In this document: positions 25,481 through 39,026 of the stretch, piece by piece | Layout of the letters: every line of letters begins with the position of its first letter | Position numbering within the stretch: the stretch's first letter is position 1 | NCBI RefSeq assembly: GCF_006345805.1 | Contig: NC_043007.1 | Span: forward strand, 21,824,001 to 21,888,000 | Direction of reading: 5' to 3' | Length of the DNA: 64,000 nt | Source of the DNA: Octopus sinensis | Taxonomy: Eukaryota | Notes under the pieces: model-generated | Databases searched by the model: none | What the model was told of the DNA's origin: nothing | What the model saw: the letters and a program-made list of their open reading frames with translations, nothing else | Translations under genes and position numbers: made by a program

Positions 25481-25886
25481 ACTCTTTACTCTCTCTTTTA
25501 CTTGTTTCAGTCATTTGACTGCAGCCATGCTGGAGCACCGCCTTTAATCGAGCATCTCGACCCCAGGACTTATTCTTTTGTAAGCCCAGTACTTATTCTA
25601 TCGGTCTCTTTTGCCGAACCGCTAAGTAACGGGGACATAAACACACCAGCATCGGTTGTCAAGCAATGCTAGGGGGGACACAGACACACGAACACACACA
25701 CATACATATATATACATATATACGACAGGCTTCTTTCAGTTTCCGTCTACCAAATCCACTCACAAGGCTTTGGTCGGCCCGAGGATATAGTAGAAGACAC
25801 TTGCCCAAGGTGCCACGCAGTGGGACTGAACCCGGAACCATGTGGTTGGTAAACAAGCTACTTACCACACAGCCACTCTTGCGCCT
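25481..25886 (-). mobile_element. SINE family A
   Basis: Full-length match. Confidence 0.9.
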
Positions 25887-26388
25887 ATGTTTGTGATATT
25901 TCTATATCTATAAAACAGTCCTTAATCATCTCATCTCATCTAGATCATCCCATAGGGCGTCCCACATAGGGGTTTTGGTCGTGCATACTATAGGAGTTAC
26001 AGGGCACTGCTCCATGTGGCCCTGCAGTTTCCATTTAACTAGGAATATTAGGGTCTCATCCATTGTCTGGTATTCAAGATCCTCTGTGTGACATCCTGCT
26101 AGTTCAAAGCCAGAAATCTGATCTGTTAGGTCCTACCTATAACTAAATCCACACCCTGCTGTCGGCGCTTCGATTTATTGTCATCATCTGTCTCCTACCC
26201 TTCGACCAGTCTGGCCTGGTAAGACCTGCCTGAAGATTTCTCTCACTCCAGCATAGCTCTCCGGGTCAATGGAGCACACAGGCACTTCACCGTAACTAGG
26301 TACTTGTTGAATTGGATGTTGACTACACAGTAGTTCTTCCGCCCTTAAACTAGGATTGTTTGTTGATAACATCATAACTTTCTGATCC

Positions 26389-26945
26389 CTTCATCATCAT
26401 CCTTTAACGTCCGCTTTCCATGCTAGCATGGGTTAGCCAGTTTGACCGGGGTCTGGGGAGCCAGGAGGCTACACCAGGCCCAGTCTGATCTGGCAGTGTT
26501 TCTACAGCTGGATGCCCTTCCTAATGCCAACCACTCAGTGAGTGTAGTAGGTGCTTTTTACGTGCCACCAGCACAGGGGCCAGAGGAGGCTGGCAAATGG
26601 CCATGATCAGTTGATGCTTTTTACGTGTTACTGGCACGAACATCAGTCAGGTGGCGCTGGCATCAGCCACGTTCGGATGGTGCTTTTTACGTGCCACTGG
26701 CATGGGTATAACAACAACAGTTTCCATTTGATTTTTATTTGATGTTGATGTACTTGAGATATCTCCCCAAGCACAGCAGGTCACCCTACAATCCAAGGTT
26801 AGCACAGCAGGCCGTCCTGGGAGCCATGAACTCACTTTATTTGTCGGGTCTTTGCAGTCACAGCATATCTCAGAGGTCTTGGTCTTTCGTCATTGCCTCT
26901 GTGAGGCCCAACGTGCCTCTTACAATAAATGACTCCCATGCCTAG
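26389..26945 (-). mobile_element. RTE-clade LINE 3' end, second lineage
   Basis: TLGLTEAMTKDQDL(W)RYAVTAKTRQIK* (frameshifted) followed by the same terminal tail. Confidence 0.75.
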
Positions 26946-27398
26946 TTGAAAGAAACTGAAGCAATATGATTGAAAACAAATATATATTCATAGTTCACAG
27001 TGTAAGGAATAGTAGCTTTGTAAACCTGCCAGCCACACATCTTGTGTGTGTGTGTGTGTATACACGTGTGTGTGTTTGTGTATTCCCTTCCATTGCTTGA
27101 CAATCTTATTTCTTTACTGCCCACAAGGGGCTACACACAGAGGGTGACAAACAAGGACAGACAAACGGATTAAGTTGATTATATCGACCCAAGTGCGTAA
27201 CTGGTACTTAATTTATCGACCTCAAAAGGATGAAAGGCAAAGTCGACCTCTACGGAATTTGAACTCAGAACGTAGAGACAGACAAATTACCGCTAAGCAT
27301 TTCGTCCGGCGTGCTTATGTTTTGCTTGATAATCTGTTGGTTTGTTTACATCCCTGTAACTTAAGCAGTTCAGCAAAAGATACAGGCAGAATGAATAC

Positions 27399-27794
27399 TC
27401 TCTCTTTTTACTCTTTTACTTGTTTCAGTCATTTGACTGCAGCCATGCTGGGGCACCGCCTTTAGTCGAGCAAATCAACCCCAGGACTTATTCTTTGTAA
27501 GCCCAGTACTTATTCTATCGGTCTCTTTTTGCCGAACCGCTAAGTTACGGAGCCGTAAACACACCAGCATCGGTTGTCAAGCGATGTTGGGGGGCACAAA
27601 CACAGACACACAAACACACACATATATATACATATATACGACAGGCTTCTTTTCAGTTTCCGTCTACCAAATCCACTCACAAGGCTTTGGTCGGCCTGAA
27701 GCTATAGTAGAAGACACTTGCCCAAGGTGCCACACAGTGGGAATGAACCCGGAACCATATGGTTGGTAAGCAAGCTACTTACCACACAGCCACA
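27399..27794 (-). mobile_element. SINE family A
   Basis: Full-length match. Confidence 0.9.
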
Positions 27795-29599
27795 CCAGAC
27801 TTCAGAATAAGTACCAGGGGCAATGTTTGACTAAACCCCTTCAAAGCAGTGCTCCAGCATGGCTGCAATCTAATGACTGAACCGACTGAAAGGAAAGATA
27901 AAAGATCATGCGAATTCTCTTCTCTTCTTCCATAAAACTGAGGCGTTGTGTGTATTGAGCATTCTTCGTCTAAATCAGTTTCCCTGAGTCAACAAAAGCC
28001 TCGTGTTCCTCTTTAACAGTTAATCACAGTTTAGGAGCAGCAATCAGATTGTATAATAGTGAGCGAGTGCTTGTGCAAACACGACAAATTTGATCATTTT
28101 CGTGCCATTCTATTTTAATCGTAGAGCAAACAGTTTAACAGAGACAAAAATTGCACGGTAGTGAAAGAAAAAAAAAGGGGGGGGGGTTAGAAAGAAAGAA
28201 AAGCAAAACTGAAAGAGAGAGAGAATTCCATCACCGCCGCCATCGTCTCTCTTAATATCTTGGCATTGGTGAATTCTGTTATTGTTGTCACTCTCGGCAA
28301 CTTCTCACACGGCAATCTGTCATGTGAGTAGCAGAAATTATCTACCAGAGTTGTGTATCAGAACATGTTTTGAATCCCAATCCGTAATGACTTCAAAATT
28401 TTTACACCCCAGCACAACTACACCCCCTGTATTCTCCCCACCACCACAACAAAACCACCACCACCACCACCATCTCCTCCAGTCTGATACATTCAATGAA
28501 CACAATGTAATTAACGCCCTAGACAAAACAAGGTCCCCAATTTAGATAGAATTACGGAGGCGAGGGCATGTTAGGAGGGGTTTCAAGAAATAACATGAAT
28601 TTGTTACTTAATAGCTGTCATATTTATTTGTTTTTTGTCTTTACAAATAAATGAAACAATCAAATGTAAATCATATATTGTCATCGTAAATTTAGAATAT
28701 ATCCTTTCTGCTCCCCAACAACAGAAATTCTTTATAATAATAATAAAAGAAAGGCAGAAAGAAAAAGGAAAGAGAAAGGTTGGTGGTGGGGGACTACATT
28801 CCCATAGTTATCTTGGATAAAAGCAAAATTTATTTTTCTTAAATGAAAGAGAGAAGAAAAAAACCCTCACAAGAAACTTTTCTAAACATTTACGTATAAC
28901 TAAACTAATTATTTCATTTAATTCAATTCAAAAGGGATAATTATTTTAATATTTGTTTTATATTTGGAGCAAATATTGTGTACCCTTTTAATTCTGAAAA
29001 TAAAATAAAAACTAAATAAAATAGAATAAATAAACAAAGAGGTGAGGGGGAAAGCAAGAGAGACAGAGGGGAAGGAGAAGGAGAGAGAGAAAAAAAAGAA
29101 GAAAAATTAGAAGAAGGAGAATAAAAACTATCCCTGCCTTCAGCATTCATGTCAAGACCCTCTTATCTGATCTCCAGCTGAATACCTCTGCATATTACTT
29201 CCTCCTGCCAAGTGTCAAAAAGACTGCCATAAACTTCTGTTTCAAAGCCACTGCTCAAAATCTGTCATAGATAAGGTTGGCAGCCAATTGAATGCTAGTC
29301 ACATTAGCAGCTTACCATTAATAGGCATCCACTGAGCTCTCACTCTTTCTTTCTCTCTCTCTCTCACTCTTTCTTTCTTTCTCTCTCTCTCCCTCTCTTT
29401 CTTTCTCTCCTGTTGAGGGGAGGAAAAGCTTTTCATCAACAAAACAATATTGTTTTATAGAGGGTGTTTGTGTGTAGTCGTGCGTGTAGGTGTGTTCTTA
29501 AAGGGTTTTTAAAAAAAAAAAACTTAAACACACACTATAACACTTTCTAATTGTATATGTGGTCTTCAACTACACTGAACCAGCTTTGTGGAAAATAAT

Positions 29600-30135
29600 A
29601 TATACATACACACACATACATATATATATGTATATATATACATACATACATATATATGTATGTATATATATACATACATATATATATGTATGTATATATA
29701 TACATACATACATATATGTATGTATATATATACATACATACATATATATGTATGTATATATATACATACATATATATATACACATATGTATATACATATA
29801 TATATATACACATACATATGTATGTATATATACATACATACAAATATATATACATATACACATATGTATATACATATATATATACACATACATATGTATG
29901 TATATATACATACATACAAATATATATACATATACACATACATATATATATATACACATACATATGTATGTATATATACATACATACAAATATATATACA
30001 TATACACATACATATGTATATATATACATATATATATACATATACACATACATACAAATATATATACATATACACATACATATGTATATATATACATATA
30101 TATATACATATACACATACATATGTATATATATAC

Positions 30136-30174
<39 letters not shown>

Positions 30175-30280
30175 CATACACATATATATATACACACATA
30201 TATATACACACACACACATATATATCTATACACACACACACACATATATATATATATACACATACATATGTGTGTGTGTA
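29600..30280. repeat. Compound (TA)/(TACA)/(CA) microsatellite
   Basis: Direct reading. Confidence 0.95.
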
Positions 30281-30439
30281 TAGTACAGCCTTTTAGTGCT
30301 GACTGTTGGGGGAAAAGAGTACTCAATACCAGAGCAGAGAATAATATATTTTATTTAGGTCAAGTCAGTCTCTTACTTCTCAGAGTTTTGCCTGTGGGTG
30401 CACAAGGTCTTCAGGCAAGTTATGATATATATATACTTT

Positions 30440-30790
30440 TATGCTTTTATTTGTTTCAGTCATTTGACAGCGGCCATGCTGGAGCAATGCCTTTTAGTCG
30501 AACAAATCAACCCCAATACAATCTTTGTAAGCCTAGTACTTATTCTATCGGTCTCTTTTGCCGAACCGCTAAGTTATGGGGATGTAAACACACCAGCATC
30601 GGTTATCAAGCGATGGTGGACACACACACACATATATATATATATAAATATGATGGGCTTCTTTCAGTTTCCATCTCACAAGTCTTTGGTCGGCCCGAGG
30701 CTATAGTAGAAGACACTTGCCCAAGGTGCCAAGCGATGGGACTGAACCTAGAACCATGTGGTTCATAAGCAAGCTACTTACCACGCAGCA
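30440..30790 (-). mobile_element. SINE family A
   Basis: Near full-length match. Confidence 0.85.
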
Positions 30791-30829
30791 ACTCCAAACC
30801 ATAGTTTAGCAAGTCTGAGACAACTTTTT

Positions 30830-31150
30830 ATTAATGTAACTGTTGGTTATGATGACGAGTTTTCCAGTTGATCCAATCAACAGAACAGCCTGCTCATGAA
30901 ATTAACGTACAAGTGGCTGAGAATTCCACAGACACGCATACCCTTAATGTAGTTCTCAGGGAGATCCAGCATGATACAGAATGCAAAAAGGCTGGCCCTC
31001 TGAAATACAGGTCATATTCATTTTTGCCAGCTGGGTGGGGTGGAGCAACATGAAATGAAATACCTTGCTCAAGGACACAACACATCACCAGGAATTGAAC
31101 TCGTGACCTTACAATCTTGAGCCAAATACCCTAACCACTAACCCATGCTC
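30830..31150 (-). mobile_element. SINE family C2 head/core with tail X
   Basis: C2 core followed by acctgtatttcagagggccagcc...gaactacattaaggg. Confidence 0.7.
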
Positions 31151-31207
31151 CTTATATTAATATAATATGCACACTGCATTTCACTATAGCCTGTTATAAA
31201 GATTTTC

Positions 31208-31585
31208 ATTATCATTATCACTTGAGCATGATCGTTACCAGCATCGCCTTACTGGCACTTGTGCCAGTGGCACGTGGACAAAACATTCGAACGAGGTCGT
31301 TGCCTGTGCAACTGAACTGACTCCTGTGCAGGTGGCACGTAAAAAACACCATTTGAGCACGGCCGTTGCCAGTACCACCTGACTGGCCCTCATGCCAGTG
31401 ACATGTAAAAGTACCCACTACACTCTCAGAGTGGTTGGCGTTAGGAAGGGCATCCAGCTGTAGAAACTCTGCCAGATCAGATTGGAGCCTGGTGCAACCA
31501 TTTGGTTCGCCAGTCCTCAGTCAAATCGTCCAATCCATGCTAGCATGGGAAGCGGACGTTAAATGATGATGATGATGATGATGAT
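31208..31585 (+). mobile_element. 5'-truncated RTE 3' UTR fragment
   Basis: Same tail; an older opposite-strand piece follows at ~31590-31770. Confidence 0.75.
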
Positions 31586-32619
31586 TGTTTAGTGCCAGTG
31601 TGCTATGCTGGCATAGGTTGGATGGTTTAACAAGATCCGATGAGTCCAAGGACTGCATCATGTTCCGGTGTCTTCTTTGGCTTGGTTTCAACAACTGGAT
31701 GCCCTTCCAAATGCCAACCACTTTACAACATGTGCTGGGTGCTTTTCATTTTCATGCCACCAGCACAATGGAGGTCACCATGCACCTCAAAGGACTACAC
31801 TCCCTGGCAGATTAGCTTTATGCCAGTGGATGAGAGGTTAAAGTATGTAAGTAGGGGACCACAACAGGTTGCTTACATTTAGTAGGAGAAAGGGAACCCA
31901 AAATGTTCCTTCAATTATTAATTAATCTACTTATATAATGAGCAATGTATCATACTAAACATGTTAGCATAATTCTTATCTCTTTATTGCCCACAAGGGG
32001 CTAAACATAGAGGGGACAAACAAGGACAGACAAAGGGATTAAGTTGATTACATCGACCCCAGTGCGTAACTGGTATTTAATTTATCGACCCCGAAAGGAC
32101 GAAAGGCAAAGTTGACCTCGGCGGAATTTGAACTCAGAACACAAAGACAGATGAAATACCGCTAAGCACTTCGCCCGGCGTGCTAACGATTCTACCAGCT
32201 CACAGCCTTACTATCATGTTAATATCATTCTACAATCACTGAACAAGCCACTCAGAGATCGCTTTCCCATTAAAGCATCTTTAATGAAATTAAAGATACA
32301 GCTAAGAGCTATTTCTTCATCCAGTTCAATTTAGATGCAAATTCTTTTGAAAATGGCTTATGGTTGTTTATCTTCTTGGAAAGTTCTAGCAGCTCTGCAC
32401 TATGGAGATTTCAGTTGCCTTGCAGCTTGAATAAGAATCCAATACTAAGTATTGCAACTAGTTTTTATTTTAAAAAATAAATAAATGCGTGGTAAGAAGT
32501 TTGCTTCCCAACCAAATGGTTCCAGGTTCAGTCCCATTGCATGACACCTTGAGCAAGTGTCTTCTACACTTGTAAGTGGATTTGATAGACAGAAACTGAA
32601 AGGTGTGTTTGAGTGTTTG

Positions 32620-32654
<35 letters not shown>

Positions 32655-33390
32655 ATATGTGTGTGTGTTTGCATGCGTGTGTGTGTTTGCATGTGTGTGT
32701 GTGTGCGTTTGCATGCGTGTGTCTGTCGCCACCATGACTTGACAACAGGTGCTGGCGTGTTTATGCTCCTGTAACTTAGTGGTTCAGCAAAAGAGACCTA
32801 ACAGCATAAGTACTAAGCTTTACAAAAAAAAAAAAAAAAAAAAAAGCACCGGAGTTGATGTGTTTGCCTAAAAGCCTTCAAAGCAGTGCCCCAGTATGGG
32901 CGCAGTCTAATAACTGAAACAAGTAAAAACTAAATATAAAAATGATTGAAAAAAAAAACACCCAGAAATCCACTTGAACTACATAAAAAAACCATCTATG
33001 AAAATAAAGCAGTGTTATCATTTGAAACCATAACTGTTTACATCCAAAAGAATTCCGTGTCCCTGATAAAATTTGTACAACGTCATGACCTCAAGATAAA
33101 TACTCAAGGACCTCAGTGAGTTATACTATGTTACATAGTATACTAAAGCACCATACTAAGCACTTGTCTTCTGTGATTACTAATGTTCCAAAATCCAGCA
33201 ATAGTCTCATTACATTTTTAACTCAATTCATTTTGCATAAAATTTCTTTTTTTTTTTTCTACTAATTCTTGTTACAATTGCACACTAAAAAGTTATCCTT
33301 CTCCAGAGTATCTTTTTGGTTCTTTTACAAGTTATTTCTTTTATTTCAAATACGTTGTATCTATAGCAAATTTTATCATTAATTCCAATA

Positions 33391-34153
33391 AAGGCAGAGA
33401 GCTAGCAGAAGCATTAGAACGCTGGGCAAAATGCTTAGCGGTTTTTCATCTGCCGTTATGTTCTGAGTTTAAATTCCGCTGAGGTCGACTTGGCCTTTCA
33501 TCCTTTCAGGGTCGATTAAGTAAGTACCAATTACGCACTGGGGTCGATGTAATCGACTTAATACCTATGTCTGTCCTTGTTTGTCCCCTCTATGTTTAGC
33601 CCCTTGCGGGTAGTAAAGAAATAGGTATTTCATCTGTCTTTACATTCTGAGTTCAAATTCCGCCGAGGTTGACTTTACCTTTCATTCTTTTGGGGTCGAT
33701 TAAATAAGTACCAGTTACGCACTGGGGTCTATATAATCGACTTAATCCCTTTGTCCTCTCTGTGTTTGGCCCTTTGTAGGTAGTAAAGAAATAGGTATTT
33801 CGTCTGCCGCTACGTTCTGAGTTCAAATTCCTCCGAGGTTGACTTTGCCTTTCATCCTTTCGGGGTCGATTAAATAAATACTAGTTATGCACTGAAGGTG
33901 ATGTAATCCCAAATTTGAGGCCTTGTGCTTCCAGTAGAAAGAATTATTACGGCCAATAAGGCAACGAACTGACAGAATCCTAAGAATGCTAAGCAGCACA
34001 CCATCCATCTTTACATTTCAAAGTTCAAATTCTGCTGAGGTTGACTTTGCCTTTCATCCTGTCAGGGTTGATAAAATAAGAATACTGGGGTTGATGTAAT
34101 CAACTTAACCCCTCCCCTGAAATTGCTGGCCTTGTGCCGAAATTTGAAACCAT
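33391..34153 (+). mobile_element. SINE family B tandem multimer plus a further copy
   Basis: Units restart at gtattt(c)gtc at 33625 and 33795; a separate copy runs 33958-34153. Confidence 0.85.
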
Positions 34154-34224
34154 TCTTACCAGTGAGCTGGTAAAAATTATAAAAACTTCAGAAAATCTGC
34201 TTAGTGGTATCTCTTCTGACTCAT

Positions 34225-34515
34225 TACATTCTAAATCCATGGGCCCAGTTTCTCAGTTTCTGTGGCGTATGTATTCCCCCCACCAGCTGGATGGCAAGCC
34301 AGTCCATCGCAGCGTTACTCAAGAAACAGGAAGAGAGAGTGAGAGAAAGTTGGGGTGAAAGAGTACAACAGGGGTCGCCACCACCCCCTGCTGGAGGCTC
34401 GTAGAGCTTTAGGTATTTTCGCTCAATAAACACACACAACGCCTGGTCTGGGAATCGAAACCACGATCCTCCGACCGCGAGTCTGCTGCCCTAACCACTG
34501 GGCAATTGCGCCTCC
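34225..34515 (-). mobile_element. SINE family C1 head/core with tail Y
   Basis: Same head and core as 8212; tail gagtaacgctgcgatggactggc..ccatccagctgg. Confidence 0.8.
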
Positions 34516-35806
34516 ACACACACACACATATATATATTTTACTGCATCAACAAGACTACTGTTGTTAAGCATTACTGGTTACAATGCACCTCTTTGCAAT
34601 CGTTGTAGCCATCGAATGATTTCACCCCACCAGCTAGGTGGGTAGATCAACACTCCCACTGAACAGGACACTAGACCATCAGAGGGTTATTCATTTACAG
34701 GTGAGTGGACTGGAGCAACATGACTGGAGCAGTGTTTTGCTCAAGAACATAATGCATTGCCAGCCCTGGAGTCAAAATAAGAATCTTGTGATTCTAAGTG
34801 CAATGCCCTAACCACTAGCCCATAAGTTATGACTCCCTCACATCTTGACAACTGGTATTGGTTTGTTTATGTCCCTGTTACCTATAAGTTCAGCAAAGGA
34901 TGGAATACATATTGGGGTCGGTACTTTTGACTAAAACCCTTCAAAGCAGTGCCCTGGCATAACTGCAGTCCAATGACTGCAAGTAAGAGAGAAAGGATAA
35001 CTGTATGGTAAGAAGGTTGTTTCCCAACTACATGGTTCCAGGTTCAATCCCACTGTGTGGCACCATGGGAGAGTATCCTCTACTATAGCCTAAGGTCAAT
35101 TAAAGCCTTGTTGAGTGGATTTGATAGATGGAAACTGAAAGAAGCCTCTCATGTGTGTGTGTCAGTAACTTAGCAGTTCAGCAATAGAGAACAATAGAAT
35201 AAGTTTCAGCCTTAAAAAAAAAGTACTGGGGTTGATTCATTCGGTTAAAATTCTTTAGTAGTCTAATGACCGAACAAGTAAAACATAAATGATGTTTGGC
35301 CACAGTCAAATACCAAATGAAGAAGTTGATGGAGATGAATATGAATTGAGATGCTTGCCAGAAAATAAATCCAATACAAATTTCTGTCATCAAATTTTAG
35401 CTTTCATCATTTTGGGACTCGAAATATCAAGGAAGTCCAGTAAAAACAGAAAAAGCAATTCAGCCTGTGGTTTGTGGCCTTCACTGAAGTTCTGTCAGAG
35501 AAATCTCAAGGGAAACAGAATTCACAACGCAAAATATAGGCAATCCGAGAAGCATCATAAAAATTTGGGGATAAGCTTCAGATTTAAGGGCTAATAAATT
35601 ATTACTGAAGAATAGTGATTTAATGAAATTTTTTTTAAAAAAAGGTACAGGCATGGCTGTGTAGTAAGCTTGCTTTCCAACCACATAGTTCAGGGTTCAA
35701 TCTCACTGTGTGAAACCTTGGGCGAGTGTCTTCAACTATAGGCTCTGGCTGACCAAAGCCTTGTGAGTGAATTTGGTAGACAGAAAATGAAAGACCACTC
35801 CCCTAA

Positions 35807-35842
<36 letters not shown>

Positions 35843-36365
35843 ATCTCCTTGTCTTGACAAGGCGTGAAAGGTATAAAAGAGTGTCATTGTCAGGCAAACA
35901 GTACACTTAGTTTCCAGTCTTTATAACACATCTGGCCATAGGGAAACAGATGAGGATTGGTGACAGGGAGGGCATCTAGCCATAGAAAACCTGCCTCAAT
36001 AGACTGTCTGTCCCATGCAAGCATGGAAAAGTGGAAATTAAAATAACAGTGATGATGAGTGACAGAATTAAAGGACTTAGAATTATAAGGTTGGAAAAAT
36101 AAAAATTGTATGATGTTCATAACTTTTTTAGGAAGAACAATAATCTAAGTGAAATGTGTGGTTACACTCAAAATCAAAACCTAAATAGAGGAACTCACTT
36201 ATCAAGGGCTTCTAAACTGCTGTAATAAATATATTTATGTGTAATATATATATGTATATATATGCTTTTACTGCGATGGTTTTTGTTAAGCAGTTTCGAT
36301 TTTTACAATTCTGCAAATAATAATGATAATACTTTATAAGCTTAAAGCTTATAAGCGATCTCCAT

Positions 36366-36510
36366 ACAATGATCAAAGAAAATAGTCTGATAATGGGGCA
36401 CATAAGCCCTCGATGGAAAAAAGTAGGTTTTCCTGTGAGTGGGGAAAACCTACTTTTTTCCATTGAGGGCTTATATGCCCCATTATTAGACTATTTTCTT
36501 TGGTCATTGT
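36366..36510. repeat. Palindromic hairpin, 68-bp stem and 9-nt loop
   Basis: 36366-36433 pairs with 36443-36510, about 4 differences. Confidence 0.9.
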
Positions 36511-36809
36511 GCTGTGATTACTTAAAAGCTTATAAAATAAATACACACACAAGGTAACAAGCTGACAGATTGTCAGTGTATCAGACAAAAATGCTTAGTG
36601 GGTACCCAGGGGCCATATTGACCCTGGTTGAGAGCCCCTGATCTAAAGGACGAAAGGAAGCAAACCTAAGACAGAAAGTGAATTAGGGCTAAACCCTGGA
36701 TGAAAGGAAAGAAGTTTTTTTTCTAAGTAAAATTTTTCCTTGCAGCACTAAACATTTATAATATATTGCATTAAGTTTCTGTAACATACAGTTGATATTT
36801 TAAGATACG

Positions 36810-37175
36810 TCCGTGCTAGTGGCACGTAAAAAGCACCATTCGAGTGTGATCGTTACCTGCGTCACCTTACTGGCACTTGTGCTGGTGGCACATGAAAAAA
36901 CATTCGAGCAAGGTCATTGCCAGTGCTGCTGGACTGGCTCCTGTGCAGGTGGCACATAAAAAGCACTATTTGAGCATGGCCGTTGCCAGTACCTCTTGAC
37001 TGGCCCTCGTGCCGGTGACACGTAAAAGCACCCACTACACTCTTGGAGTGGTTGGCATTAGGAAACTCTGCCAAATCAGATTGGAGTCTGGTGCAGCCAT
37101 CTGGTTCGCCAGACCTCAGTCAAATTGTCCAACCCATGCTAGCATGGAAAGCGGATGTTAATGCTGATGATGATT
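36810..37175 (+). mobile_element. 5'-truncated RTE 3' UTR fragment
   Basis: Same subfamily as 31208 and 39027. Confidence 0.75.
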
Positions 37176-37730
37176 AATACAAGCTTTAGAATGGCCAGGG
37201 CTCTTAATTCAGCTATCTTTTATCTTTCACCTTTTACTTGTTTCACTCTGAAACAAGTGGCCATGCTGGGGCACTGCCTTGAAGAATTTAGTTGAAATTG
37301 ACCTTAGTACTTTTTTTATTTGGTACTTATTCTATCAGCCACTTTTGCCAAACCATTAAGTTACGTGTTACAGGGATGTAAACAAACAAACACTAACACA
37401 TTTGTATGACAGGTTCCCAGTTTCCATCTACCAAAGTCACTCACGAGGAATTGGCCGGCCCACAGCTATAGTAGAAGACACTTGTCCAAAGTGCTATACA
37501 CTGGCACTGAACCCAAAACAATGCGGTGACAAAACAAGTTTCTTAACCACACAGCCATGCCTGTGTCCATGGCGACATGCTTTTTTTTTTCTATTGCCAA
37601 TTTCCATCTTGAAATACTAGATTTCAATTTTGTAGACTGGATAGAAAAGCACCAGCTAGCAATTAGCAGTTACTAATGATGATTAAAGACTTGAAAAAAA
37701 AAAAGAAATTGAGAACAATTGTGAAATAAG

Positions 37731-38134
37731 CACAGGAGTGGCTGTGTAGTAAGTAGCTTGCTTACCAACCACATGGTTCTGGGTTCAGTCCCACTGTGTG
37801 ACACCTTGGGCAAGTGTCTTCTGCTATAGCCTCGGGCTGACCAAAGCCTTGTGAGTGGATTTGGTAGACGGAAACTGAAAGAAGCCCGTCGTATATATGT
37901 ATATAGATATATGTATGTATGTCTGTGCTTGTCCCCACCAACATCGGTTGACAACCGATGCCGGTGTGTTTACATCCCTGTAACTTAGCGGTTCAGCAGA
38001 AGAGACCGATAGAATAAGTACTAGGCTTACAAAGAATAAGTCCTGGGGTCGATTTGCTCGACTGAAGGCGGTGCTCTAGCATGGCCGCAGTCAAATGACT
38101 GAAACAAGTAAAAGAGTAAAAAAGAGTAAAGAGT
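37731..38134 (+). mobile_element. SINE family A
   Basis: Full-length match. Confidence 0.9.
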
Positions 38135-39026
38135 ACTGTTATTAAAAGAACCAAGATTTATTAGAAAGAAAAAGACAGTCCAAGAGAGGCAGTTTTAGAA
38201 TTGAAACCAAACCCATGTCAACGTGGAAAGCACGAAGCCGAGAGTAATGATTTATAAGGAGTAAACGAGAAATGTGTGCACAAGTTTCAATTATGGTCAT
38301 TATATCTGACCAGCCAAATGAGAAAGATAAATAGAGAGTTACAGAATGACATTTGTTATTCGAGAAATTTGCTGTTGTTTCTTGGGTTAACAGAATTGTA
38401 ATTAACATTAATCTAGTTTTAAGCAAGATTATGTTACCATAGCGATATCTGACCAAATCAACGACATCATATTAAATAGAGACTTGTTTTAATTATAATA
38501 CTGTCTGAAGACATTTTACATTATCTATTCCTTGTAACTAGATTTTTCATGTACAGTACAGCTCTTGTGAGTTATTCATCCTTCTTTTTTTCTAATTCAG
38601 TGGGCCCTTTGTCTACCATATATACATACACATGTATGTACAAAGGTACATATGTACGTATAATTTTTAAAATTATTGGTGCAACTTGATAATAGGGTAA
38701 ATGCTTACCCAATATTATTTAAATACTGTTTTGCTAGAGAACAAAAGACCTTTCTGTTTATCCCAGCATATATATACATATACATACATATATATAGGTA
38801 TATTTGGTAGACAGAAACTGAAAGAAGCATGTCGTATATATGTATATATATATGTATGTCTGTGTTTGTCCCCTCAACATCGCTTGACAACCGATATTAG
38901 TGTGTTTACATCCCCGTAACTCAGCGGTTCGGCAAAAGAGACTGATAGAATAAGTACTAGGCTTACAAAGAATAAGTCCTGGGGTCGATTTCATATGTGT
39001 ATGAGTACATTTATATAGATTTATAT

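Noticed and set aside
29316-29328. ATG CCT ATT AAT G|GTAAGC, a phase 1 mini-exon that could splice to exon 2
   Set aside because: It gives no signal peptide, and 53885-53939 is a far better exon 1; at most a minor alternative.
29547-30768. Long Y/I/H/T/C/V-rich ORFs (also at 7.4, 42, 51 and 62 kb)
   Set aside because: These are translations of TA/CA microsatellites.
35289-35594. 101-aa ORF
   Set aside because: No recognisable motif, and it starts within a SINE tail.
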